Shown: piece by piece, positions 9,665-19,929 of the stretch | Layout: each line of letters starts with the position of its first letter | Position numbering within the stretch: position 1 is the stretch's first letter | DNA from: an uncultured Acidobacteriota bacterium | GTDB lineage: Bacteria; Acidobacteriota; UBA6911 | Direction of reading: 5' to 3' | DNA: 64,000 nucleotides | NCBI GenBank assembly: GCA_963809485.1 | Contig: CAWEJX010000020.1 | Location: 1,088,001-1,152,000 of the forward strand | Notes under the pieces: model-generated | Seen by the model: only the letters and a program-made list of their open reading frames with translations | What the model was told of the DNA's origin: nothing | Databases searched by the model: none | Position numbers and translations under genes: made by a program

Positions 9665-11454
9665 GAATTCACCTCCTCGCTGTACTTTTCCATAACCGAT
9701 TCGATAACCCTGCGCGACAGGCTGTGGTAATTCGCCTTCCCCTGCTCGTAGATCGCCCTGGCAAGGGCCCGGGTGCGGGCATGTTTGCCCAGGGCGGAGT
9801 AGAGCGGACGCAGGTACTTCATCCGGCCGACCTCCAGCAGCACTTCCCGCACACGCTCGAAAACCGGTTCATAATCAGACCCGGCGGCGATCGTCAGCCA
9901 TTCGACCAAAATCTCGTAGTTTCCACGCCGCGTAAGCCGCAGGTTTTGATCCAGCCAATCCAGCGACGCGTGGTCGAGCCGGCGCGGAAGGCTTTGGAGA
10001 AAGACGAGCAGTTCGCTTGAATCCCAGTCAGCGAGTTGCTGCGGCGACGGGAGCTTTCCGGCAGCAAAAGCCTCTGCTGCCGCCACGAGGTCATCCAGTT
10101 GCTCTGACTTGAAAATCGGGGCGTTGTCGGGCATGCCCGGCCGGTACAGCCATGCGTCTGCGTTCACTGCCGCAGCCGCTCCGGGCAGTTCCTGTTCCAG
10201 AAAGGCCAGGAATTCCTCGGTGGTTATGGAGGTGAAGCGGAAGGCATTGATATACGCCCGCATGAAGCGGTCAAAACTTTCCCGCCCTGCATGGCGCTCC
10301 AGGAGCGTGACGAAGCGGGCGCCTTTTTCATACGGAATCGATGAGAAAGCTTCATCGGGATCCACCCCCTTCAGGTCGGTGCGGAGCTTCGTGAGCGGCG
10401 AATCCGATCCGAAGCGGGCGACCGACTCGTCCAGCGCCTTCTGGCCAATAGCCCATCGCAGCGCAGACGACTTTTCGCCGTGAATGGCGTCCAGGATCCT
10501 CCGTTCGGCCCATGTCGTGAAGCCCTCGTTCAACCAGAAGTGATCCATGCTGGCGTTGGTGACCAGGTTGCCGGTCCAGGAGTGGGCCAGTTCGTGCGCG
10601 ATGACGTCGACCAGCGAACGATCGCCGGCTATCACGGTCGGGGTGAGGAATGTCATGCGCGGGTTCTCCATGCCTCCATACGGGAAAGCCGGCGGGAGGA
10701 CCAGCATGTCATACCGGTCCCATTCATAGGGGCCAAAAAGGCGCTCGGCGGTCGCAATCATCTGCTCGATCTCGCCGAATTCATGGGCAGCCTTGTCAAC
10801 CATACCCGGCTCCGCCCACACCCGCGCGCGCGGCGAAAGATCGCACGGTTGCAGGTCTCCGACCGCAATCGCAAAAAGGTATGGAGGAACAGGCTGGGGC
10901 ATATGGAAAAGGAAAGTGCGCGTACCGCGTCCCCGTTCGGGCAGAATGCCTGCGGGCCCGGCCGACATCACGGCAGAGAGCTTATCCGGAACCGTAACCG
11001 CGGCATTGTACGACACGCGCACCCGCGGCGTATCCTGGCACGGAATAATAGTGCGGGCGTGGATCGCCTGGCACTGCGAATACATGAACGGATGGCGCTT
11101 GCCCAGCGTCAGCTCAGGCTCGAACCACTGCAGCGCGACAGCTTCACTCGAGGTCGTATAGTCAATGGTTATCAGGGCGGTTCCTTCCGGCAGGTCGAGT
11201 CTCAGCCGCCGCCCCAGGATCGGGTCTTCCCCGCCGAACTCGAAGGGGATGTCCTCTCCGTCCTGACCATAGGCGGAGCGGATAGCGAGCGCTTTGGTAT
11301 CCAGATCGAAAAAGCCGGAAGAGGGCTTCTCCAGTTCAAGGGTCACGGATCCATTGATCTGGCGGTTTTCGAAGTCGACGAACCAGTTCAGGCGCAGGTG
11401 CTTTGTACGCGGCTGGTAATTGTCATAATGGGAATGCGGATCGATAGTAGCCAT
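9661..11454 (-). CDS. M1-family aminopeptidase (leukotriene A4 hydrolase-like)
   Basis: GGMEN, HELAH-x18-E (WLNEG), PYEKG, C-terminal GRMKYLRPLY; 4-bp overlap with the OPT gene. Confidence 0.95.
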   Translation of the reverse strand: MATIDPHSHYDNYQPRTKHLRLNWFVDFENRQINGSVTLELEKPSSGFFDLDTKALAIRSAYGQDGEDIPFEFGGEDPILGRRLRLDLPEGTALITIDYTTSSEAVALQWFEPELTLGKRHPFMYSQCQAIHARTIIPCQDTPRVRVSYNAAVTVPDKLSAVMSAGPAGILPERGRGTRTFLFHMPQPVPPYLFAIAVGDLQPCDLSPRARVWAEPGMVDKAAHEFGEIEQMIATAERLFGPYEWDRYDMLVLPPAFPYGGMENPRMTFLTPTVIAGDRSLVDVIAHELAHSWTGNLVTNASMDHFWLNEGFTTWAERRILDAIHGEKSSALRWAIGQKALDESVARFGSDSPLTKLRTDLKGVDPDEAFSSIPYEKGARFVTLLERHAGRESFDRFMRAYINAFRFTSITTEEFLAFLEQELPGAAAAVNADAWLYRPGMPDNAPIFKSEQLDDLVAAAEAFAAGKLPSPQQLADWDSSELLVFLQSLPRRLDHASLDWLDQNLRLTRRGNYEILVEWLTIAAGSDYEPVFERVREVLLEVGRMKYLRPLYSALGKHARTRALARAIYEQGKANYHSLSRRVIESVMEKYSEEVNS

Positions 11455-11916
11455 GCGGCACGCCTTTCCAGCGAGATCGGGGAATCAGCACTCTTTCCTT
11501 TGCAAGACCATACGCCAAATTCAGCTCCATTGAAATCAGTTTTGCGCGCACGAATCCGGTCAACCTGCACTCAAGAAGCGGATTCGCACCTTCCGGTCGT
11601 GCCCATTGTCTTCCAGCCTGAAAACCATCCCTGCGCGAAGTTCCGCAAGCATGGCGGAAATTGCCGAAACCCTCGCTTCCTGCCGATTCCAGCGATGCGC
11701 ATTCCCCGTTTCACGTTCAACGTTCCACATTCCACAGCCGTAGTTTGAATGAAGGGCGTACGCAATGAAACCGCCAACCCGCACAGATAGGCAAACAGCC
11801 CTAATCTCCGCTCCATTCTGACCGAAAAGCAAGGTAGGGCATCATTTTGCGCGGCTGGCAGGACATGGCTGCCGGATGCCCGCGACACGGCAAACATTTG
11901 GAGGTCCGGTAAGCCT

Positions 11917-14253
11917 GTGGATCGACACGACCTGGCAGTCCAGGGCACGAACGATGGGATATGGGATTGGGATCTGACGACAAGCCGGATCCACTACTCT
12001 CATGGATGGATCTCCCTGCTGGGCCTTGGGGAAGGCGAGTTCGACAATACGCCGGAAGAGTGGTTCCGAAGGATTCATCCCGAGGACATCCTCTCGGTCA
12101 AGCGCGAGATCGAGACCCATCTGCAAGGAAAATCCGCGCGGTTCGAGATCCAGCACCGGATGCTTCATCACGATGGCTGCTACCGTTGGCTGTCATGCCG
12201 CGGATTAATCACCCGGGACGACAAGGGGCGGGCGACGCGCATCCGGGGCATCCACGAGGACATTACATCCGAAAAAGCCGTGGATTCGCTTACCGGCCTT
12301 CCCAACCGTCTTCTGCTCCTGGAGCGGCTGACGCGCTCCATCGAAAGGGCCAGGAAGCAGCAGGATTTTCTTTTCGGCATCCTGATCCTGGATCTGGACC
12401 TCTTCGAATCCGGGATCAGCCGGCTGGAGACCCTGGACTGCGACTCCCTGGTCATCGCGGCCGCGCGCCGCCTGGAAACAGCTTTGAGGACCAGGGATAG
12501 CCTGATAGGCGCAGGGCACGCAGACTTGATCGCGCGTTCCGGCGGCGAGGAATTTATTATCCTGCTCGAAGGGCTGAGCGAGGTTGGAGAAGCAAAAAGA
12601 GTTGCCGAACGGCTGCTGAAGGTGATCCTGGCCCCCTTTACTTTTAATGGCCGCGAAGTCTCCCTGTCCGCAAGCATCGGCATTGCGTTGAGCGTAACGG
12701 GCTATCGCACCGCAGAGGAAGCCCTGAGGGATGCGGACACGGCCCTGCATCGTTCAAAGGCATTGGGCAAATGCCGCTGCGAAGTCTTTGACACGGCTGC
12801 CCTGCAATCCACCCAGGTCCGGAACCAGACTGAAAAGGAACTCCATGGGGCCCTGGGCCGAAACGAGTTCTTGGTCTGCTATCAGCCGATCCTGTCGCTG
12901 GCGTCGAATAAAATCGCTGGTTTTGAAGTCCTGGTCCGGTGGAACCACCCGTCCCGGGGCATGATATTGCCGTCGGAATTCATCCCGATTGCCGAGAAAA
13001 CCGGACTCATCAATATTTTGAACCGGTGGGTCATGCAGCAAGCCTGCTGGCAGCTGAAATCCTGGCGAACGGATCCGCGCATTTCCAAAGACCTGTGGAT
13101 TTCGCTGAATCTGTCCGGCGCCCAATTCCTGCATCCCGACCTGGTTAATGAAATCAGCGGGATCTTAAGCGAAACCGGCCTCGACGCCGATGGCCTCCTG
13201 CTGGAGCTGACTGAGGGAACTGTGATGCAAAATCCCGAAGAGGCTCGAAGACTGCTGATGCAGCTCCGCCTCATGGGCGCGAGGATCGGTCTTGACGATT
13301 TCGGCACGGGATATTCTTCGCTTGCTTACCTGCGCCGGTTCCCCCTGGATTTTCTGAAAATCGATTATTCGTTCATCCGGAGCATCGAGAGCGGCTCGGA
13401 TCCCCTGGAAATTATCCGGACGATATGCAGGCTCGGCCATCAGTTGGGCCTGCGTGTCATCGCCGAAGGAATTGAAACTCCCCGCCAGCTGGACCTGGTC
13501 CGGTCGCTGGACTGCGAATTCGGCCAGGGATTCCTTTTTTCAAAAGCGGTCAGCGGCGAGCAGGCGGAGATCCTGTTGGTGGAGGGATTCATACCCCGGG
13601 AGGACACTCGCCCGGCAGAGTCCGGACCGGACGCCACACAGGAACCGGCAAGGAAGCCGCAATTCAGAATAAAGCGGAAATATGCTTTTGCAGGTCTGAC
13701 ACTCCTTGCCCTGCTGCTCCTGGCAGGCTTCCTTGACCGGCTGAATCGTCCGAATGCTTCTCCCGTAGCTAACACTTCCCCGCCGGCCGCTGCGGTCAAG
13801 CTGGAAAAACCCGCGACCCCATCGGCCATTCAGGAAGTCGAGCCAAAGCCCCTTGCCAGGGAGACACAAAAGGCCTCCAAGATGAATAGCGGCCTGAAAA
13901 CTCCGGCCCCCGCACCCAAGGCTGAGATGAGGAAAGCGGCCCCGGCCATTTACAGATTCCCGGTTGTGCACGATCATCGTCTGGGCAGTTGTGAGGGAGT
14001 CCTGAGAATCGGGAGCGACGGCATCGCTTTTATCGCGAACAACGGGAAGCACAGCTTTGCCCTGAAACATTCCGAATGCCGGTGCACTATGAATCCCGAT
14101 CGGTTGACCATCCGGTCCGGATCGATGGTTTTCCGCTTTAAATCCGACTCCCTCGATGAAGAGGATAACCGGTCCAAACTCTCCGAAATCTACCGCAGCG
14201 TTACAAAGCTTAACCCCTCCACGGAACCAGGTAACGTCGACTCACGCCCATAA
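11917..14253 (+). CDS. PAS-GGDEF-EAL c-di-GMP enzyme with a C-terminal TM helix, Pro-rich linker and small beta domain
   Basis: DGIWDWD PAS domain, DSLTGLPNR, GGEEF, EVLVRW, DDFGTGYSSL, AEGIE; hydrophobic stretch near residue 590. Confidence 0.92.
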   Translation: MDRHDLAVQGTNDGIWDWDLTTSRIHYSHGWISLLGLGEGEFDNTPEEWFRRIHPEDILSVKREIETHLQGKSARFEIQHRMLHHDGCYRWLSCRGLITRDDKGRATRIRGIHEDITSEKAVDSLTGLPNRLLLLERLTRSIERARKQQDFLFGILILDLDLFESGISRLETLDCDSLVIAAARRLETALRTRDSLIGAGHADLIARSGGEEFIILLEGLSEVGEAKRVAERLLKVILAPFTFNGREVSLSASIGIALSVTGYRTAEEALRDADTALHRSKALGKCRCEVFDTAALQSTQVRNQTEKELHGALGRNEFLVCYQPILSLASNKIAGFEVLVRWNHPSRGMILPSEFIPIAEKTGLINILNRWVMQQACWQLKSWRTDPRISKDLWISLNLSGAQFLHPDLVNEISGILSETGLDADGLLLELTEGTVMQNPEEARRLLMQLRLMGARIGLDDFGTGYSSLAYLRRFPLDFLKIDYSFIRSIESGSDPLEIIRTICRLGHQLGLRVIAEGIETPRQLDLVRSLDCEFGQGFLFSKAVSGEQAEILLVEGFIPREDTRPAESGPDATQEPARKPQFRIKRKYAFAGLTLLALLLLAGFLDRLNRPNASPVANTSPPAAAVKLEKPATPSAIQEVEPKPLARETQKASKMNSGLKTPAPAPKAEMRKAAPAIYRFPVVHDHRLGSCEGVLRIGSDGIAFIANNGKHSFALKHSECRCTMNPDRLTIRSGSMVFRFKSDSLDEEDNRSKLSEIYRSVTKLNPSTEPGNVDSRP

Positions 14254-14487
14254 AAGCGCTGACCAACGCCGAGTCCCAATCCGCCTTTTCCATGATTCCT
14301 GCTGCTGCGCGGCAGCCTCATCCCATTTTGCTTTGGGCGGCCCCGAGGTGCGATTATAATTAGCAGTGATTCGTCAGTCATCACCTTGCAGGCCGTCTGA
14401 AGCCGGCTTGCGGAACTGGCTCGTAACGTATGCATCCCATCCCTGGTTCGCCGGTCGCGATCCGCAAATCATTTGAGGAAATCACCC

Positions 14488-15972
14488 ATGTCAACCGCAA
14501 TTGAAGGCCTGAAGCCGGAATTGGTCTGGAAGTATTTCGCGGAAATATCCCGCGTCCCCCGCTGCTCAAAAAATGAAGCCGCCATGACACGATATGTCCT
14601 GGATACCGCAAAAAAGCTGGGATTGGAGGCGAAATCCGACAAATTCGGCAACGTCGTGGTCCGAAAACCGGCTTCTGCCGGCCGCCGGGAAGTCCGCTCG
14701 GTCGCGCTGCAGGGACACCTCGACATGGTGTGCGAAAAGAACAAGGACAAAGTCCATGATTTCCTCAAAGACCCGATCGAACTTGTCCGCAAGGATAATT
14801 TCCTGATGGCAAACGGCACGACGCTCGGTGCGGACAACGGCATCGCAGTCGCGACCAACCTGGCAATCATGGAAGACCGATCGCTGGAACACGGCCCGCT
14901 GGAATTTCTGTTTACTGTGGATGAAGAAACAGGGTTGACCGGCGCCCATAACCTGCAAGCGGATTTTCTGGAAAGCCGGACGCTTTTGAACCTGGATTCG
15001 GAAGAAGAGGGGGCGCTCTATGTCGGCTGCTCCGGCGGGAGGGACACGACCGGGGTCTGGGACATTCACCTGGAGCAAGCCCCGGCTTCCATGAGGGCCG
15101 TACGGATCAGCGTCACAGGCCTGAAGGGCGGCCACTCCGGTCTGGAAATCGACAAGGGCAGGGGTAATGCCATCAAGATCATGGGCCGGGCTCTCACGGG
15201 ACTCAGCACTATCGGCGCCCGCATGTCATCCATCAACGGAGGCAACAAACGCAACGCCATCCCGCGGGAATGCGAAGCCGTTGTGCGTATTCCCGCCAAA
15301 AATCTGGAATCGGCCGGGAAGATTGTCGGTGACCTGAACGGCACGGTCAAAGCCGAACTGGCCGGCACCGAGCCCGATCTGATGTTAAGCATGAATGAAA
15401 CGGGCACGGGCAAAAATGGGAAAGTCCTACGCAAGGCGGAACAGCAGAGGATCCTGCTGACGATTTCCGGGCTTCCCCACGGTGTGATAAAAATGAGCGC
15501 CGATATCCCCGGGCTTGTGGAGACCTCGATGAATCTGGCCGTCATCCAGACAACCTTGAAATCCGTTCGAATCTCGACGAGCCAGCGAAGCTCCGTCGCA
15601 TCGGAAATCGTCGAGATCGCGGAAACCGTTTCATCCATCTTCAAGCTGGGCCGCGCATCGATTGAGGGATCCGACGGATACCCGGGCTGGAAGCCGAATA
15701 TGGATTCGCCGGTTTTGGCCCTGGCGAGGGAAACCTATCGATCGCTGTTCGGGAAAGATCCCGAGGTCAAGGCTATCCACGCCGGGTTGGAATGCGGAAT
15801 CATCGGAGAGCGTTTTCCCGGCATGGATATGGTATCGTTCGGCCCAACTCTCGAAGGCGTTCATTCGCCCGACGAAAAGATCCACATCGACACGGTCGAG
15901 AAGTTCTGGATCTTCCTGCTGGAGATCCTCAAAAGAGCGAGTCAGGCACCTCCGGCAAAGCCGGAGGCTTGA
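14488..15972 (+). CDS. pepD: Aminoacyl-histidine dipeptidase (M20C)
   Basis: LQGHLDMVCEK, TTLGADNGI, DEETGL, NLDSEE, GGHSG, IHAGLECG, HSPDE. Confidence 0.95.
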   Translation: MSTAIEGLKPELVWKYFAEISRVPRCSKNEAAMTRYVLDTAKKLGLEAKSDKFGNVVVRKPASAGRREVRSVALQGHLDMVCEKNKDKVHDFLKDPIELVRKDNFLMANGTTLGADNGIAVATNLAIMEDRSLEHGPLEFLFTVDEETGLTGAHNLQADFLESRTLLNLDSEEEGALYVGCSGGRDTTGVWDIHLEQAPASMRAVRISVTGLKGGHSGLEIDKGRGNAIKIMGRALTGLSTIGARMSSINGGNKRNAIPRECEAVVRIPAKNLESAGKIVGDLNGTVKAELAGTEPDLMLSMNETGTGKNGKVLRKAEQQRILLTISGLPHGVIKMSADIPGLVETSMNLAVIQTTLKSVRISTSQRSSVASEIVEIAETVSSIFKLGRASIEGSDGYPGWKPNMDSPVLALARETYRSLFGKDPEVKAIHAGLECGIIGERFPGMDMVSFGPTLEGVHSPDEKIHIDTVEKFWIFLLEILKRASQAPPAKPEA

Positions 15973-16119
15973 AAGATTGGAACCGCTCAAAGCGGTTGGA
16001 CTAGTTACGCCGGTCTTGAACGCTGACTTACGCGGGCAAAAGCCGACCCTCGCCGAACAAATCGGCGTTTGTCGGCGCTTTTATCAGCGTATCTCAGCGT
16101 TTCAAAACACGGGTTACCA
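15941..16119 (-). mobile_element. IS200/IS605-like MITE, copy 3; one terminal hairpin deleted; overlaps the pepD 3' end
   Basis: Same start GTCAGGCACCTCCGGCAAAGCCGGAGG; after TTCAAAA jumps directly to GGTTACCA. Confidence 0.85.
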
Positions 16120-16132
16120 GGTTTGGCAGCCA

Positions 16133-16161
16133 TTGGCAATCCGAAGCGGAGAGAGTATAAT
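16133..16161 (+). promoter_or_regulatory. sigma70-type promoter
   Basis: TTGGCA-N17-TATAAT upstream of 16258. Confidence 0.6.
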
Positions 16162-16257
16162 AGAGATTCAAATCGAACCTCCTGGATTAGCCGCACTCAC
16201 CTGCCCACAAGAGCTTCGATGCAATTTCATCTCGCCTTTTCGAAAGGAGCGGACTCC

Positions 16258-16587
16258 ATGTCGAAGGACTTTGTTCTGCAGTTGAGGTATCTGGGCGTCC
16301 TCCCCCAAACCGGCTATTTCGAATACGGCTTCCGTATTGAAAACAAGGATAAAAGCGTGCGGCAGGTCATTCTGACCATCGAGGATACCTTATTCCGGAA
16401 GGACGGCTTGATGTTCCAGGAAGCTCCGGACCTCTGCTATCAGAAGGTCCTGATGGATCTGGAAAATGAAAATGGCGAAACGCGCCTCCCTGCTCATATC
16501 CCCATAACGGCTCTGGACATTGCTCATTACAGGGGCTTGCACCCCAATGTCAAATTGCGGAGATCCTCCCACAGAGAAGCAAAATAG
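16258..16587 (+). CDS. Hypothetical protein (109 aa)
   Basis: AAGGAG RBS, upstream promoter, plausible globular sequence (FQEAPDLCYQK). Confidence 0.75.
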   Translation: MSKDFVLQLRYLGVLPQTGYFEYGFRIENKDKSVRQVILTIEDTLFRKDGLMFQEAPDLCYQKVLMDLENENGETRLPAHIPITALDIAHYRGLHPNVKLRRSSHREAK

Positions 16588-16675
16588 GCCCGCCTGCCGC
16601 GCCGGCATAAACATTGCCGAGAACGGAACAGAGAGAGGAAAACCCGGGATCAGTTTCCTTTCGGGCGCCCGGGGT

Positions 16676-18181
16676 TTACTCCGGAACCTGCAGGTCCGGC
16701 ATGGTGCGCGCCGAGAATAGCGGCTGGCAGAGTTTCCCAAATAAACGAGCCCACTTGACAGCGAGCGACTGGCGCGCGCTGTCCGTGGCGATTCCCGTGT
16801 TGGCATACATCTGCCGGTAAAGCTTGGAGATGAACACGAAGGCCAGGCGCGACCGGATCTTCGGAACGCACCGCGAGCGCCGCCAGATCTTGGGCATGCT
16901 GTAAAAGGTATCCCAGATCTGCTGAGTATGCCGGCGTATTTCATCCGCGGACATAGTGGGATGCGGTATGTATAATTTGGGCCTCCGGTCGGCCGGAATC
17001 AGCCAGTGCCTGCTTGGAGGAATGCTTTCTGCGCCGGGATTGCCCCGAAGTGTCTGCTTTTCCCATTTTTCAAAATCAATCGTGCCGGGGAAGGGCGTTA
17101 GAGGGACAAATTGAGCAAATGTCAACCCCGCGCGATCTGCAAGGTCGGAAGTGGCAACAAAAGTTTCGGGGGTGTCGCTTTGCAGACCGAAGATAAATGA
17201 ACCAAGCACGTGAATGTCGAACTGGCGAAACTTCTGCAAACGCGCGACAAGGTCTTCGCCCGTTGCGTTGAAACTCTTATAGGTGCTTTTGAGGCCTTCG
17301 GTTGTTATCGATTCAACGCCGACAAGCGCACCCCTTATCCTTGCGGCACGCAAAGCTTTCAGGAATTCCTCGTCCTCGGCAACCTCCATGGTAAGCTGGG
17401 TAAAACAAATGAGATCGCCGGATATCCGGGCCATCCGATTCATCAACTCGAATCGTTCTCGCCGGAGCGACAGGAGCCGCTGATAGTGCGATTTATCCTC
17501 ATTGCGAGATGCGTGCTCGAGGTCCTGAAGACTTACGGAGTAGAAATTGTCGTCGGCCAGCGCGATAAAGCGGTAGCCAAGACGGCGTAGAGCCACAACT
17601 TCCTCAATGACGGCACCCACGGGCCGCTGCCGCGGCGTCTGTCCGTCGGTCCGCCAGACCGAGCAGAACGAGCAGTGCTTTGGGCAGCCGCGAACGGTTT
17701 GAACGGAAGCCCACATGTATGAACCTCGCCGGAGGAGATCCCAGCGCGCCGGAGCGAAATCGGCGGCGTCGATGGTCCCGCCTTCATATAGCGGGCGGGG
17801 ATTGCCCCGGGCGCAGTCCGAAATTGCCGTAGCCCAGACCAGGTCGCCATCCCCCCGCACCACGGCTGCCGCGGCGCCAAGCTGACGGGGCTCTTCCGGA
17901 AACAGGCTCGCGTGAATGCCGCCGAAGACTGCCATTCCCCCGTGTTCATGAACCATTCGCCCCACTTCATAGCCACGGAGAGCATTACTCGTGTGGATGC
18001 CGATGCCAACGATATCCCCGGGCCGGACTCTTTCCGCCTCAAAGCGCTCGAGCGTCTCGTCGGTGATAATAGGGTCCCCATAGGATCGAGGCGTTGCACC
18101 GGCCAGCACATACAGCCAGCGGGGGGTGATGACGCCCATTCCAAAAGATACATCACTCGGATTGACCAGGTGTATTCGCAT
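16676..18181 (-). CDS. Cobalamin-binding radical SAM enzyme
   Basis: VFGGIHASL B12-binding region; RGCPKHCSFC (CxxxCxxC); LADDNF; GVES; GSFIFG. Confidence 0.92.
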   Translation of the reverse strand: MRIHLVNPSDVSFGMGVITPRWLYVLAGATPRSYGDPIITDETLERFEAERVRPGDIVGIGIHTSNALRGYEVGRMVHEHGGMAVFGGIHASLFPEEPRQLGAAAAVVRGDGDLVWATAISDCARGNPRPLYEGGTIDAADFAPARWDLLRRGSYMWASVQTVRGCPKHCSFCSVWRTDGQTPRQRPVGAVIEEVVALRRLGYRFIALADDNFYSVSLQDLEHASRNEDKSHYQRLLSLRRERFELMNRMARISGDLICFTQLTMEVAEDEEFLKALRAARIRGALVGVESITTEGLKSTYKSFNATGEDLVARLQKFRQFDIHVLGSFIFGLQSDTPETFVATSDLADRAGLTFAQFVPLTPFPGTIDFEKWEKQTLRGNPGAESIPPSRHWLIPADRRPKLYIPHPTMSADEIRRHTQQIWDTFYSMPKIWRRSRCVPKIRSRLAFVFISKLYRQMYANTGIATDSARQSLAVKWARLFGKLCQPLFSARTMPDLQVPE

Positions 18182-18210
18182 AGCGGAGCTCCTGATTGAG
18201 ACGGGACGGG

Positions 18211-18516
18211 TTACCAGCGTGACTGGCGGCGGCTACGTCCGCCTCCAGCAGAGCCCCCGCGGCGTTCAGGTTTGGGCCGCGCTTCATTGACGGTAAGACT
18301 GCGTCCGCCCAGCGAAAAGCCGCTCAATCCCTCGATGGCTTTCCGGGCATCTTCTTCGGTTGCCATATCGACGAAGGCAAAGCCCCGCGATCTCCCCGTA
18401 TCCAGGTCGCGCATTACAGTTACCGAATCTACCGCTCCCTTTTGCCCGAAAAGCTCTTTTAGCTCCGCTTCTCCCACCGTATAGGATAGATTGCCGACAT
18501 AAATGTTCTTTCCCAT
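18211..18516 (-). CDS. RRM (RNP-1) RNA-binding protein with a Gly/Arg tail
   Basis: IYVGNL (RNP2), RGFAFV (RNP1), VNEARP; GGGAGG RBS. Confidence 0.95.
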   Translation of the reverse strand: MGKNIYVGNLSYTVGEAELKELFGQKGAVDSVTVMRDLDTGRSRGFAFVDMATEEDARKAIEGLSGFSLGGRSLTVNEARPKPERRGGSAGGGRSRRQSRW

Positions 18517-18785
18517 TTTACGAACCTCCCGTATGCCGGAGACAGACAACACTCCGGACTAGCAGCCAAAAACCACTGGCAGCCCCAGTGGGCTGCACGC
18601 GATGGATCGCAGCTCTATGCGTGATTAAAGGAGGGGGGATGAGCCAAGGAAGCCTGAAACGACTCTCCGCGCCGCACTAGCAGAGGATGGTTTTCCACCG
18701 GACAGGCTGAACGATATCACGATCCGGGCTGATTGTAAAAAGGAATGGGACAAATTTGTGTAAATTCGCGCCTATTGTGAAACAA

Positions 18786-18814
18786 TTGACACCTCAAGCG
18801 GTGCGAGCTAGCAT
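18786..18814 (+). promoter_or_regulatory. sigma70-type promoter
   Basis: TTGACA-N17-TAGCAT upstream of 18862. Confidence 0.55.
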
Positions 18815-18861
18815 CACGATCCGTTGGCAAGCGAGTCCATTCAAAAGAAAGGAAATAACAC

Positions 18862-19914
18862 ATGCGACCGGAATCCTTACATCAAGTGCGGGCGGCGCAC
18901 AGCCCGGCGCCGAAGACGATTCTGCTGCTGGCTTTGCTGGCAGCCATCCTGACTGCAAGCGCATTGATTGCAGGCGAACCCGAATGGAATCCCGCCGCCA
19001 TTAAAGAGTGCGACCGGGCTTGTCTGATCGGCATCATGGACGGATATATGGACGCCATCTTCAAGCACGATCCCAAAGCCGTGCCGCCTCTGTCGATCGA
19101 TGTGCGCATGACTGAAAACGCAGGGGAAATGGAGGTGGGCGAAGGGGTTCTCTGGCGCTTCAAGACGGAGCCGACCAGCTTCAGGATTTACGTTGCCGAT
19201 CCGGTTGCGGGACAGGTCGCCCAGCAGGCTCGACTCAAGATCGGGGGCCGGGATGCCCTGGTTGCCGTCCGATTGAAGGTCGACCGGGGAAAAATCCAGG
19301 AGATCGAGCAGCTGTATGACAGAAATATCGATGCGGCCGCAATTCCCCTCCTCACTACGCCGCTGCCGATCCTGACGGCGGATGTCGCGCCGGCAGAGAG
19401 GACCTCGCGCGATATTCTGATGCGCGCCGCCAATTCCTATTTCGACGCGCTGGAGGGTGACAACGGGAAGATCGCGGCATTCGCCAACGATTGCGTCCGC
19501 CACGAGAACGGCTATCAGACCGTGAACAATCCACCGCCGGGAGGACGCATGATGCCGGCGCCCTTCATGCCCACCGCGGACACTCCGCAGGGCCGCGAGA
19601 TGCTCAAATTCAGCATGCTGACCTGCGCCCAGCAGATCGACACCAAAATTTTTGCATACATGAAGCACATCCGGCCGCGGCGGGCGCTGATTGTCGACGA
19701 GCAGAAGGGACTGGTGGCCACATTCCCGCTGTTCGTCCACGACGGCACCAGCCGGAACGCCAAGCCGGATGCGCCTCCCGGAATGCTGCAAAACCTCGTG
19801 ACCATGGAAACATTCGGTATCCGCGGCGGACTGATCCGCCACGTCGAAGTGTTTCCATTCGTGAATTTGCCCTACGGCCTCGGAAACGGATGGACCCTCG
19901 GCTCCGGCCGCTGA
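18862..19914 (+). CDS. Secreted uncharacterised 'CDRxCL' protein (probable NTF2-like fold), paralog 1
   Basis: Signal peptide; CDRACL, YFDAL, DCVRHENG, C..Q, RR..VDEQKGL, FGIRGGLIRHVE shared with 38687 and 45769. Confidence 0.85.
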   Translation: MRPESLHQVRAAHSPAPKTILLLALLAAILTASALIAGEPEWNPAAIKECDRACLIGIMDGYMDAIFKHDPKAVPPLSIDVRMTENAGEMEVGEGVLWRFKTEPTSFRIYVADPVAGQVAQQARLKIGGRDALVAVRLKVDRGKIQEIEQLYDRNIDAAAIPLLTTPLPILTADVAPAERTSRDILMRAANSYFDALEGDNGKIAAFANDCVRHENGYQTVNNPPPGGRMMPAPFMPTADTPQGREMLKFSMLTCAQQIDTKIFAYMKHIRPRRALIVDEQKGLVATFPLFVHDGTSRNAKPDAPPGMLQNLVTMETFGIRGGLIRHVEVFPFVNLPYGLGNGWTLGSGR

Positions 19915-19929
19915 TGCTCGTCACAGGAT

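Noticed and set aside
14360-14470. Structured leader upstream of pepD (TTGCGGA...TCCGCAA)
   Set aside because: Only one 7-bp pairing; insufficient support for an ncRNA.
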